From Ranitomeya imitator (lineage: Eukaryota), in the NCBI RefSeq assembly GCF_032444005.1, contig NC_091282.1, forward strand, positions 692,044,001 to 692,108,000: DNA of 64,000 nt. The letters run 5' to 3'. The notes below the pieces were generated by a model, which was given only the letters and a program-made list of their open reading frames with translations, was not told the DNA's origin and ran no database searches. A program made the translations under genes and the position numbers. Positions 38,248 to 49,444 of the stretch are shown piece after piece. Every line of letters starts with the position of its first letter. Position 1 is the first letter of the stretch.

Positions 38248-38256
38248 ACAGGTGGC
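38248..38256 (+). promoter_or_regulatory. Self-priming primer-binding site
   Basis: ACAGGTGGC, 2 nt after the LTR end, is the exact complement of GCCACCTGT (37608-37616); no TGG-type tRNA PBS directly after the LTR. Confidence 0.65.
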
Positions 38257-38267
38257 CCAAAGTACTA

Positions 38268-41200
38268 ATGCATCTCAATAGAGGGATAAGAGAAGTTCTG
38301 AGACCATTTTTTTTTCTTTGCAGTGTGTTTTGTCTCGCTTTTCCCCTTTACATCTGGGTGGTTCAGAACACAGGTGTAGACATGGACATTCAAGGTCTGT
38401 CCTCTTTGATGGATAATCTCACTATAAGTGTACAAAACATTCAAGATTTTGTGGTTCAGAATCCGATGTCAGAGCCTAGGATTCCAATTCCTGATTTGTT
38501 TTTTGGTGATAGATCTAAGTTCTTGAATTTCAAAAATAATTGTAAATTGTTTCTTGCCTTGAAACCTCGCTCCTCAGGTCACCCTGTTCAACAAGTAAAG
38601 ATCATTATTTCTTTGTTACGTGGTGACCCTCAAGACTGGGCATTTTCCCTTGCACCAGGGGATCCGGCATTGCGTGATGTTGATGCGTTTTTCCTGGCGC
38701 TTGGATTGCTTTATGACGAACCTAATTCAGTGGATCAGGCAGAGAAAATCTTGCTGGCTGTGTGTCAGGGTCAGGATGAAGCGGAGATATATTGTCAGAA
38801 GTTTAGAAAGTGGTCTGTGCTCACTCAGTGGAATGAATGTGCCCTGGCAGCGATCTTCAGAAAGGGTCTCTCTGAAGCCCTTAAGGATGTCATGGTGGGA
38901 TTTCCCATGCCTGCTGGTCTGAATGAGTCTGTGTCTTTGGCCATTCAGATCGATCGACGCTTGCGTGAGCGTAAAGCTGTGCACCATTTGGCGGTACTAT
39001 CTGAGCATGGGCCTGAGCCTATGCAATGTGATAGGACTTTGACCAGAGCTGAACGGCAAGAACACAGACGTCGGAATGGGCTATGTTTTTACTGTGGTGA
39101 TTCCACTCATGCTATCTCCGATTGTCCTAAGCGCACTAAGCGGTTCGCTAGGTCTGCCACCATTGGTACGGTACAGTCTAAATTTCTATTGTCCGTTACT
39201 CTGATTTGCTCTTTGTCATCCTATTCTGTTATGGCATTTGTGGATTCAGGCGCTGCCCTGAATTTGATGGACTTGGAGTATGCCAGGCGCTGTGGTTTTT
39301 TCTTGGAGCCCTTGCAGTATCCTATTCCATTGCGAGGAATTGATGCTACGCCTTTGGCCAAGAATAAGCCTCAGTACTGGACCCAATTGACCATGTGCAT
39401 GGCTCCTGCACATCAGGAGGATATCCGCTTTCTGGTGTTGCATAATCTGCATGATGTGGTCGTTTTGTGGTTGCCATGGCTACAGGTCCATAATCCAGTA
39501 TTGGACTGGAAATCTATGTCTGTGTCCAGCTGGGGTTGCCAGGGGGTACATGGTGATGTTCCATTTTTGTCTATTTTGTCTTCCACTCCTTCTGAAGTTC
39601 CAGAGTTTTTGTCGGATTATCGGGATGTATTTGATGAGCCCAAAGCCAGTGCCCTACCTCCTCATAGGGATTGCGATTGTGCAATTAATTTGATTCCTGG
39701 TAGTAAGTTTCCTAAGGGCCGATTGTTCAATTTATCTGTGCCAGAACACGCCGCTATGCAGAGTTATATAAAGGAATCCTTAGAGAATGGCCATATTCGC
39801 CCGTCGTCATCACCGTTAGGAGCAGGGTTCTTTTTTGTGGCCAAGAAGGATGGTTCTTTGAGACCTTGTATTGATTACCGCCTTCTCAATAAAATTACAG
39901 TCAAATTTCAGTATCCTTTGCCGTTGCTGTCTGATTTGTTTGCTCGTATTAAAGGGGCTAGTTGGTTCACCAAGATAGATCTTCGAGGGGCGTATAATCT
40001 TGTGCGTATTAAACAAGGCGATGAATGGAAAACAGCATTTAATACGCCCGAGGGCCATTTTGAGTACCTGGTTATGCCATTCGGGCTTTCCAATGCTCCA
40101 TCAGTATTTCAGTCCTTTATGCATGACATCTTCCTAGAGTACCTGGATAAATTCCTGATTGTGTATTTGGATGATATTTTGGTCTTTTCGGATGATTGGG
40201 AGTCTCATGTGAAGCAGGTCAGAATGGTGTTCCAGGTCCTTCGTGCGAATTCCTTGTTTGTGAAGGGGTCAAAGTGTCTCTTTGGAGTTCAGAAGGTTTC
40301 ATTTTTGGGGTTCATTTTTTCCCCTTCTACTATCGAGATGGACCCTGTTAAAGTCCAGGCCATTTACGATTGGACTCAGCCGACATCTGTGAAGAGCCTG
40401 CAAAAGTTCCTGGGCTTTGCTAATTTTTATAGGCGCTTCATCGCTAATCTTTCTAGTGTTGCTAAACCGTTGACTGATTTGACCAAGAAGGGTGCTGATG
40501 TGGTCAATTGGTCTTCTGCAGCAGTAGAGGCTTTTCAGGAGTTGAAGCGTCGTTTTTCTTCTGCCCCTGTGTTGTGCCAGCCAGATGTTTCGCTCCCGTT
40601 TCAGGTTGAGGTTGATGCTTCTGAGATTGGAGCTGGGGCTGTTTTGTCGCAAAGAAGTTCTGATGGCTCGGTGATGAAGCCATGTGCCTTCTTTTCTAGA
40701 AAGTTTTCGCCTGCTGAGCGCAATTATGATGTTGGTAATCGAGAGTTGTTGGCCATGAAGTGGGCATTCGAGGAGTGGCGTCATTGGCTTGAAGGAGCCA
40801 AGCATCGCGTGGTGGTCTTGACAGATCACAAGAATTTGACTTATCTTGAGTCTGCCAAACGGTGGAATCCGAGACAGGCTCGATGGTCATTATTTTTCTC
40901 CCGTTTTGATTTTGTGGTTTCGTACCTTCCGGGCTCTAAGAATGTGAAGGCTGATGCCCTGTCAAGGAGTTTTGTGCCTGACTCTCCGGGTGTTCCTGAG
41001 CCGGCGGGTATTCTCAAAGAGGGGGTAATTTTGTCTGCCATCTCCCCTGATTTGCGGCGGGTGCTGCAAAAATTTCAGGCTGATAGACCTGACCGTTGCC
41101 CAGCGGAGAAACTGTTTGTCCCTGATAGATGGACTAGTAGAGTTATCTCTGAGATTCATTGTTCAGTGTTGGCTGGGCATCCTGGAATCTTTGGTACCAG

Positions 41201-42431
41201 AGATTTGGTGGCTAGATCCTTTTGGTGGCCGTCTTTGTCACGGGATGTGCGTTCTTTTGTGCAGTCCTGTGGGACTTGTGCTCGGGCTAAGCCCTGCTGT
41301 TCTCGTGCCAGTGGGTTGCTTTGGCCCTTGCCGGTTCCGAAGAGGCCCTGGACGCATATTTCTATGGATTTTATTTCGGATCTCCCCGTCTCTCAAAAGA
41401 TGTCGGTCATTTGGGTGGTTTGTGATCGCTTTTCTAAGATGGTCCATTTGGTACCTTTGTCTAAATTGCCTTCCTCCTCTGATTTGGTGCCATTGTTTTT
41501 CCAGCATGTGGTTCGTTTACATGGTATCCCGGAGAACATCGTTTCTGACAGAGGTTCCCAGTTTGTTTCGAGGTTTTGGCGATCCTTTTGTGCTAGGATG
41601 GGCATTGATTTGTCTTTTTCCTCGGCTTTCCATCCTCAGACAAATGGCCAAACCGAACGAACTAATCAGACTTTGGAAACATATCTGAGATGCTTTGTTT
41701 CTGCTGATCAGGATGATTGGGTGTCCTTTTTGCCGTTGGCTGAGTTCGCCCTTAATAATCGGGCCAGCTCGGCTACTTTGGTTTCGCCGTTTTTCTGCAA
41801 TTCTGGTTTCCATCCGCGTTTCTCTTCAGGGCAGGTTGAGTCTTCGGACTGTCCTGGTGTGGATACTGTGGTGGATAGGTTGCAGCAGATTTGGACTCAT
41901 GTGGTGGACAATTTGACATTGTCCCAGGAGACGGCTCAACGTTTCGCTAACCGCCGGCGCTGTGTGGGTCCCCGACTTCGTGTTGGGGATTTGGTTTGGT
42001 TGTCGTCTCGTTATGTTCCTATGAAAGTTTCCTCTCCTAAGTTTAAGCCTCGTTTCATTGGTCCGTATAAGATTTCTGAGGTTATCAATCCTGTGTCATT
42101 TCATTTGGCCCTTCCTGCTTCTTTTGCCATCCATAATGTGTTCCATAGGTCGTTATTGCGGAGATACGTGGCGCCTGTGGTTCCATCCGTTGATCCTCCT
42201 GCCCCGGTGTTGGTTGAGGGGGAGTTGGAGTATGTGGTGGAGAAGATTTTGGATTCTCGTATTTCGAGACGGAAACTCCAGTACCTGGTCAAGTGGAAGG
42301 GTTATGGTCAGGAAGATAATTCCTGGGTTTTTGCCTCTGATGTTCATGCTGCCGATCTGGTTCGTGCCTTTCATTTGGCTCATCCTGGTCGGCCTGGGGG
42401 CTCTGGTGAGGGTTCGGTGACCCCTCCTTAA
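38268..42431 (+). CDS. Gag-Pol polyprotein (gag, CCHC, protease, RT, RNase H, integrase, chromodomain); probable start ATG at 38382
   Basis: CFYCGDSTHAISDC, FVDSGA, YLDDILVF, EVDASEIG, HHCC/DDE integrase, EYVVEKILDSR..YLVKWKGYG..DNSW; no stops. Confidence 0.96.
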   Translation: MHLNRGIREVLRPFFFLCSVFCLAFPLYIWVVQNTGVDMDIQGLSSLMDNLTISVQNIQDFVVQNPMSEPRIPIPDLFFGDRSKFLNFKNNCKLFLALKPRSSGHPVQQVKIIISLLRGDPQDWAFSLAPGDPALRDVDAFFLALGLLYDEPNSVDQAEKILLAVCQGQDEAEIYCQKFRKWSVLTQWNECALAAIFRKGLSEALKDVMVGFPMPAGLNESVSLAIQIDRRLRERKAVHHLAVLSEHGPEPMQCDRTLTRAERQEHRRRNGLCFYCGDSTHAISDCPKRTKRFARSATIGTVQSKFLLSVTLICSLSSYSVMAFVDSGAALNLMDLEYARRCGFFLEPLQYPIPLRGIDATPLAKNKPQYWTQLTMCMAPAHQEDIRFLVLHNLHDVVVLWLPWLQVHNPVLDWKSMSVSSWGCQGVHGDVPFLSILSSTPSEVPEFLSDYRDVFDEPKASALPPHRDCDCAINLIPGSKFPKGRLFNLSVPEHAAMQSYIKESLENGHIRPSSSPLGAGFFFVAKKDGSLRPCIDYRLLNKITVKFQYPLPLLSDLFARIKGASWFTKIDLRGAYNLVRIKQGDEWKTAFNTPEGHFEYLVMPFGLSNAPSVFQSFMHDIFLEYLDKFLIVYLDDILVFSDDWESHVKQVRMVFQVLRANSLFVKGSKCLFGVQKVSFLGFIFSPSTIEMDPVKVQAIYDWTQPTSVKSLQKFLGFANFYRRFIANLSSVAKPLTDLTKKGADVVNWSSAAVEAFQELKRRFSSAPVLCQPDVSLPFQVEVDASEIGAGAVLSQRSSDGSVMKPCAFFSRKFSPAERNYDVGNRELLAMKWAFEEWRHWLEGAKHRVVVLTDHKNLTYLESAKRWNPRQARWSLFFSRFDFVVSYLPGSKNVKADALSRSFVPDSPGVPEPAGILKEGVILSAISPDLRRVLQKFQADRPDRCPAEKLFVPDRWTSRVISEIHCSVLAGHPGIFGTRDLVARSFWWPSLSRDVRSFVQSCGTCARAKPCCSRASGLLWPLPVPKRPWTHISMDFISDLPVSQKMSVIWVVCDRFSKMVHLVPLSKLPSSSDLVPLFFQHVVRLHGIPENIVSDRGSQFVSRFWRSFCARMGIDLSFSSAFHPQTNGQTERTNQTLETYLRCFVSADQDDWVSFLPLAEFALNNRASSATLVSPFFCNSGFHPRFSSGQVESSDCPGVDTVVDRLQQIWTHVVDNLTLSQETAQRFANRRRCVGPRLRVGDLVWLSSRYVPMKVSSPKFKPRFIGPYKISEVINPVSFHLALPASFAIHNVFHRSLLRRYVAPVVPSVDPPAPVLVEGELEYVVEKILDSRISRRKLQYLVKWKGYGQEDNSWVFASDVHAADLVRAFHLAHPGRPGGSGEGSVTPP

Positions 42432-45400
42432 GGGTGGAGTACTGTTGTGAATTCTGTTGTCGGGCTCCCTCCTGTGGTCATGAATGGTGCTTCGGCTGTT
42501 TCTATCCATGGAATTCCTCTGGTGGCTGTGGGTGTTTCTGAGTTTCATTCAACAGGTGACGAGGTTAATTCGTTAGCTGTCTGCTCTATTTAACTCCACT
42601 TAGATCTTTGCTCCATGCCACCTGTCAATGTTCCAGTATTGGTCTTGTTCACTCCTGGATCGTTCTTGTGACCTGTCTTCCCAGTAGAAGCTAAGTGCCT
42701 GCCTGTTTTTCTCTGGTTTGCTATTTTTCTGTCCAGCTTGCTATTTTGTTGTTGTCTTGCTTGCTGGAAGCTCTGGGACGCAGAGGGAGCGCCTCTGCAC
42801 CGTGAGTCGGTGCGGAGGGTCTTTTTGCGCCCTCTGCGTGGTCTTTTTGTAGGTTTTTGTGCTGACCGCAAAGCTACCTTTCCTATCCTCGGTCTGTTCA
42901 GTAAGTCGGGCCTCACTTTGCTAAATCTATTTTATCTCTGTGTTTGTATTTTCATCTTTACTCACAGTCATTACATGTGGGGGGGCTGCCTTTTCCTTTG
43001 GGGAATTTCTCTGAGGCAAGGTAGGCTTTATTTTTCTATCTTCAGGGCTAGCTAGTTTCTTAGGCTGTGCCGAGTTGCATAGGGAGCGTTAGGAGCAATC
43101 CACGGCTATTTCTAGTGTGTGTGATAGGATTAGGGATTGCGGTCAGCAGAGTTCCCACGTCCAAGAGCTCGTCCTTTATTATCAGTAACTACCAGGTCAT
43201 TCCGTGTGCACTTAACCACCAGGTCCATTATTGTCCTGACCACCAGGTCATAACAGGATGCATTGCAGGCTCAAGGACATGGAGCAGGGAACCATAAAGG
43301 GTGATTACACACAGCCCAGCCTCATGTCGTCCCAACGTGGATTGGTAGACAATGAGGAAAGTGAGAAAGAACCGGAGCTACTTTCATGCGCTATAGACGG
43401 TACTACAAGCACAACTGTCATACTGTCTGTTCAGCATGGATGGCCTGAGGACAGGGAGGAGGAGGAGGGCAGGGAGGAGGAGGAGGATAGCATGGTCAGT
43501 TGTCCTGTTGGTGAGGACACGGAAGTCTTGCCTGTTAGCAGTCTGGCATGCATGCTGACTTTATGTTGCGATGCCTTGACCTTCGCATTATTAAAATTTT
43601 CGGTTACACTCATTACTGGTTGGTAACACTTCTAGATCCATGCTACATGGAAAACTTTCAATCTCTTCTTCAAGAGGCAGACAGGTGTACTAAAATGGTG
43701 CAGTACCAGAGGGCCCTTGTTGCAGAATTACTAAAAAATTCCTATCTGAGAACACTGGTGGCAGACGTCATAGTTCATTGGACAACCAAGAAGTACAGGC
43801 AAAAGATACACAACTCCAATCCAGCAGAGGCAGGGGAACACTGGCAAAGTCCTGGGAGAGTTTTCTCAGACCCTCCCATCGCCCTGGCCCAGAGGTACTG
43901 TCACAAGGAATGCAATGTTTTGGAAGATGCTTAGGGAGTACCTTGCTGACCATACCAACATCCTCCGTGATTCTTCTGTGCCTTTTAATTATTGGGTATC
44001 CCAGCTGGACATGTGGCATGAACTGGCTCTCTACACCTTGGAGGTCCTGGCCTGCCCTCCCGCTAGCATTTTGTCAGAGCGGGTTTTTAGTGCCGCTGGT
44101 GGAATTATAACTGATAAGTGCATCCACCTGTCAACTGAAAATGCTGACAGGCTGACTCTTATAAAAATGAACAAGGGCTGGATTGGGCCAGACTTCTGTA
44201 CACCACCGAATGATAACAGCGAAACATAACCTCCAATGCAGTGTTTTTTTTGAGAGGTGTATTCCTATGCACCTCTTTACACCCACACATGGGTATACGC
44301 TTCCTGATTTTGGCTATTTGGTGTTATCCTCCTCCTTCTCCTCATCATCCACCACCACTAGAACACCAGGGTGAACGTGTTCCATGATGCAACTGTCACT
44401 CTATTTTTGGTGAGAATGTTTATGATGCCTGTAAATAATTTAAAAAAAATGTGTACTCCCCAGGGGGGAATGTTTGTCAGCCCATACACTTAGTGTATGG
44501 GCATTCCAAATATAGGAGACCCACTCCTTTAAATTAGGAATAGATACATAGGAGGACATCCTCCATGTCTCTTCAGACACCACCACTAGAACACTAGGGT
44601 GAACGTATTCCGTGATGCAACAGTCATGAAAGAGGTATTGGGGTGCATCCTAATTTTTGGCAGCCCAGGCCCACTGTATAATAATGGCCCTTTAAAAATA
44701 TTAATGCTGCCTGATGTCACTATAAAAATAGGCTTTGTGACTTTAAGAGTCCCTCCTTCATAAATGAAACAAGATGTGTCTGATGATTTGTCACACACCA
44801 CATGACCAGCTAAGGTTGTTAAGTGTTACAATGACATTTCAGAGTGAATACATTTGTATTGGTTGAAAGCAATGCTAAAGTTGAAAAACACATCAAAATG
44901 CTAAGTGTGAACATAGCCAAAGTGGTGGAGGTACGTTTTTTGGGAGGGTCTTTATCTTGCCTTACATCCAAATTATTACCCTGGAAAGGATGTTCCTTAA
45001 CATATTTCCCAGGAAAATCCATTTTGATTTTGTTTTTGTATGTTTTAGTGTGCGCCTGTAAAAATGGCGTCACACTCTGACAACATTGGTCACATCTGTG
45101 ACCTAGGAGTCAGAAATGCTTCCAGGAGTCTTCCCTATGATGTTACCATGTCATTTGAGCACTGTTCCTATCAATATCTGACGTTTTTAGACCCTAAAAG
45201 GACCCCCGAGGGATAGCGGAAAAAATGCTCAGGTTTCCCATAGAATTACATTGAGCTCGTTGCTCGGGTCGAGTACCCGAGCATTCCAATTTGCTCGACC
45301 CGAGCAACGAGCACCTGAGCATTTTAGTGCTTGCCCATCACTAGTCTGCTTCTGTTTTAATCCAACCCAATCTCCGGTAACCATTCATTGTAGAGGTGAC

Positions 45401-45639
45401 TGCTTCAGAGGTTGAGGTAGGGGCCATTTTATCTCAAAACTCTAATTTGTGGCCATGTACATTTTTCTCGAAGACAGTTTCGTCTGCTGAAAGAAATTAT
45501 GATGTCGGGATTTGTGAATTACTCGCTGTTAAATTAGCTGTTGAGGAATGGAGGCATGTTTTGGAGGGGGCAGTTTTTCCAATCACTGTGGTTCCTGATC
45601 TTAAAAGTGTAGCTTACATTGAATCAGCTAAATGGTTAA

Positions 45640-45939
45640 AGGGGTTGTCACGTCTAAATTGATGATTCTGCAGTCACTCTATGTGATTGCAGACTTATGA
45701 ATCCCCCTAGCACACACACTGTGCGCTGCTGGGATTAACCGGTTTTAGACCCAGGACCGAGTGTATGGACTGAGGTCATGCCCACTGGCCAATAGTATGT
45801 ATAACTCATACATACCCTTCACTACTGGGTCTACAACTGGCGAATCCCCGCAGTGCACAAAGCGTGCTCTTGGAGGATTCATAAGTCTGCAGTCAATCAG
45901 AGTAACTACAGACTTATTGTTTTTGACTGGACAACTCCT
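45640..45939. mobile_element. TTAA-target MITE (Kolobok/T2-like) in the old RNase H
   Basis: TTAA|AGGGGTTGTC ... GACAACTCCT|TTAA; removal restores ESAKWLTPRKAIWSLFFSRF. Confidence 0.88.
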
Positions 45940-48083
45940 TTAACTCCTAGAAAGGCCATATGGTCCTTATTTTTCTCTAGATTCAAGTTCTGCATCACAT
46001 TCAGGCCATAGTCCAAGAATGTGAAGGCTGAAGCATTGTCATGCAGTCTTGATTCAGTTTCACCTCGAGAACCTCCATCTTTCATTCTTCCTAAAGGTGT
46101 GGTGTCTGTGGTATCCTCAGAGTTGGAGGCGGAGATCCGTAAAACTCCATTGATGGCCCCATCCGCCACTCCAAGGTCAAAGCTATTTGTACCTGTGTAC
46201 TTCAGATTGCACCTGCTACATGAGTTTAATGATTCCATCTTGAGTGGTTATCCTGAAGTCACAGCCACACAAAAAGCTATTTCCAAACTCTTTTGGTGGC
46301 CGTCTATGAGTAATGATATTAAAGATTTTGCATCCGCCTGTGAAGTTTGCGTACAGGCTAAAGTTTGGCATAACCGGCTAGCCGGGGAATTGGCTCCATT
46401 GCCAATTTTGGAAAGACCGTGGACTCATCTGTCCATGGATTTCATCACGGATTTGCCTCTGTCTGATGGGAAAACTGTTATCTGGGTGGTAGTTGACCAT
46501 TTCAGTAAATAAGTTCATTTTGTCCTGTTGTCAGGGTTGCCCAATGCTGAGACTTTCCAGGTTGATTATTCATCATGTGCTGAGGTTGCATGGAATTCCT
46601 CTTAGCATTGTGTCCGACAGGTGAGTGCAATTTGTCTCTAAGATCTGGAGAGCTTTTTGTAAGAAATTGGAGATTGACTTGTCTTTTTCCTCTGCTTACC
46701 ACCCTAAATCCAACTGTCAGACGAGGACAAATCCATCTTTGGAAAAAAATTGTAGGCAATTTTTTTGCGGCTCGCTTTTAACAGGTGTGTCAATCAATCC
46801 ACTAAAGCTTCGCAATTTTTCTGTAATTACGGTTTTCATCCCCATTTTGGTGAGTTTTCTAATATAAGTTCCGAGAGTAGCGGTTGCTATACAGAAGCTT
46901 AGGGATGTTTGGAAGAAAGTTGAAAGTAATATTGGGGTTGATCAAGTTCGCCAAAAATGGAAGACTGATCGAAGACGTTCGGCAGGTCCTGTTTTTAAAG
47001 TGGACGATAGGGCCTGGCTATCATGTAGAAACATTAAGCTTAAAGTACCATTGGCGAAGTTAGGTCTCAAATTCATCAGTCCCTATAAAGTCCTGGAAGT
47101 GGTCAATCCGTTGGCATTGAAGTTGAAGCTTCCTCCATTTCTCCATATCCTTAATGTCTTAGATTGATCCCAATTGAAGTAATTTGCTCCCTCAGTGGTG
47201 TCACCCTTGTCCTCACCTCCTCGAGTTGCTGTCAATGACATTCTAGAGTATGAGGTACAGAGAGTTGTGGATTCCCAGAGGGTCCATAACTACCTCCAGT
47301 ACCTCATACATTGGAAGGGATATGGACCGGAAGAGAAATCCTGGGTTCCAGCCCAATCCGTGAGGGATGATTGATCAGTCAGGGCCTTTCATGCTAGGTT
47401 TCCTTGGAAGCCTGGGAGTCTGGTGCTCCCCCCCCCCCCGGACTCCCAGGCACACCACCATGGGCCACTGATCATCCTGCAGCATCTATACCTCTTATGA
47501 ACACACTGTAGCCATGTGATGAACCACCTGAGGAGAAACAAGTCAAGGCAGAGGCATAGAAGCAACCTCTACATTCCTGTATCAGAATGATAAGTTATTT
47601 CTATCTTTACCCATTACGTGATACCCAGCATCCCGTCTCCATTTCTAGCCTAGTTGGTCATTGTCTGGTCTAAGCTCCCTGCATATATATCAGCACAGGT
47701 CTTGCAGGGTAAGTGAGGGACAGCCCCCGTGGAGCAGGGCACCAAAAGTCGCAATTTAGGGTGCCAACCTCCACTGGCACATAGGGAAGATAGTGGACAA
47801 GTAGGGCTTCCTAGGCCATGTGTGGTTGTACCTGGGACTTTTTCTATTAGAACTTATCCTGTCCATTTGTCCCTCCTGCTACCTCCTAATCTTTTCATCT
47901 TTCTTTGGTCGGGTGCGAGTAGAAGGAGACACTATAGTGGCTCTCTTTTGGAATATATTTGACCATTTTAAGAAATGGTGCATCAAAACAGTCACATATG
48001 AAAATATACTGTCTAATCATTAGTGTGTCTATCACTTTATTTGTGCACTAAGGTATCCTTTTGGTGTTATTTTATAAATAGTT

Positions 48084-48210
48084 ATAATAATAATAATAAT
48101 CTTTATTTTTATATAGCGCTAACATATTCCGCAGCGCTTTACAGTTTGCACACATTATCATCGCTGTCCCTGATGGGGCTCACAATCTAAATTCTCTATC
48201 AGTATGTCTT
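48084..48210 (-). mobile_element. L2-related 3' tail fragment
   Basis: (AAT)n followed by TTTATATAGCGCTAACATATTCCGCAGCGCTTTAC, as at the 3' end of the L2 at 27887. Confidence 0.7.
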
Positions 48211-48990
48211 TAGATAGTTCTAATAGTTCTAATAAAAATACTTTTTAAGTGTTATCTGTTCACACTGGCAATCCCCTAACATTATTTATACCTTCCTAGT
48301 ACTGAGTCCGGTGTCCCACCTACAAGAGGGGGTACTATCATGGTTTCATCACTGACTTTGGCCTAGGGACGCTGTGAGTGACAGCTTATCCTCGCTATGG
48401 GATCTGGAGTGTGCTGGACTGTCGGTTTTGTGAGTGACAGTCCAGTCATCCAATTTGATACTGGGGCATGCTGGGCTGTCAGCATTTTGATTGACCGCCC
48501 TGCTGCTAAATCTGTTCTAGCCTGTGGGTGTTTCCCCAGGTGCCTCCTGTCCTCAGATGATTTGCAAGGTATTTAGCTGACTTGCTGTGAGCAGCAGATT
48601 GTTGGCTGCAGCTTTGCTTTAGTTAGGTGTGTGTGTTTTCTCTGTATCTGACTTCTGATCTTGTTAATGATCAAGGATTTGTTGCGACTATGTGTTAGAT
48701 TATCCCTTCTACTTTAGACGCTCTCTGACTTCAGGTATCTGACCCTGGAATTGGCCTCTGGCTTTTCATCTGTTGTACTCCCTGGTTTTGAGGTAGCCTC
48801 CTGGCATTTGACCCCGGACTGTTAACTGACCATGCCTTTGTCTTACCCCCCTGTACTACAAGGACTCCTGTTATCTGACCTTGGACTACCAACTACCCTG
48901 TGTCAGAGAGCACGTTGCCATTGTGCACACTGCACAGTGCACATCGCACATGGAATAGCCCAGCTCAGAAAATGAGTGTCACTGAGGACG

Positions 48991-49438
48991 CTTCATTTCA
49001 GGGAGGGGGCAGAAGTTATGGCAGTGATTGATCTCTCTGCCCCAATGATGCTTCGTTTCAGGTTAGGGGGCAGAGGCTCTTTATTTTAAGGAGGATTCAG
49101 AGGCCGTGGCAGCGGCCTCTCCCCCTGATGACATTTTGTTTCAAGGAGGGGGCAGAGAATGTGGCAGTTACTGCAGCCTCTGTCCCTGACAACTCTTTAT
49201 TGTAAGGGAGGGGACAGAGGCTGTGGCAGTGATCTCAGCCATTGCCCCAGATAATGTTTTGCTTCAGGGATGGGGCAGAGGCTGCGGCAGTGACCAGAGA
49301 CTTTGCCCCCGGTGACTCTTCATTTAAGGGAGGAAGCAGAAGCTGTGGCAGTGACCACAGCCTCTGCACCTGATGATGGTTTGTTTCATGAAGGAGGCAG
49401 AGGATGTGGCAGTGACCAAAACTCTGCCCCCTGATAAA
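48991..49438. repeat. Tandem array of ~61-bp hairpin units with alternating linkers
   Basis: Consensus GGGGCAGAGGCTGTGG-CAGTGA-CCACAGCCTCTGCCCC plus linker; about 7-8 units. Confidence 0.8.
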
Positions 49439-49444
49439 GCCTTG

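Larger units (their letters stand above)
37434..43255 (+). mobile_element. Full-length young chromovirus (Ty3/Gypsy, Tf1/sushi group)
   Basis: LTRs 37434-38245 and 42443-43255 (TGTTG...TAACA, 8 substitutions and 1 indel seen); GGATGC on both flanks; PPT-like AAGGGTGGAGTAC before the 3' LTR. Confidence 0.97.
36388..45343 (+). mobile_element. Left-truncated hAT transposon interrupted by the young chromovirus
   Basis: VVCDNGQNLVAAL, CLAH, DVPTRWNST motifs (36792-37433); dimerization-domain motif LACPPASILSERVFSAAG (43915-44229); right terminus TGCCCATCACTA. Confidence 0.85.
27165..48905 (+). mobile_element. Old degraded chromovirus (Ty3/Gypsy) hosting nested insertions
   Basis: Homologous LTRs at 27165-27774 and 48336-~48905. 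Gag start MEPDHMLCDHVANLTQ.. (27813), PKPVVALPDKF, CCHC remnant (~30400), FIDCGSA protease (~30600), RNase H (45350-46030), integrase (46100-47000) and chromodomain EYEVQRVV..WKGYGPEEKSW (47245-47345). The RT is missing. Confidence 0.7.

Noticed and set aside
37581-42916. Identical 108-aa minus-strand ORFs at 37581 and 42590, and antisense ORFs across gag-pol
   Set aside because: They come from the LTR duplication and from shadow frames of the real ORF.
48991-49438. CRISPR-like appearance (palindromic repeats with spacers)
   Set aside because: The context is eukaryotic, the linkers are homologous to each other rather than unique, the repeats are degenerate and there are no cas genes.
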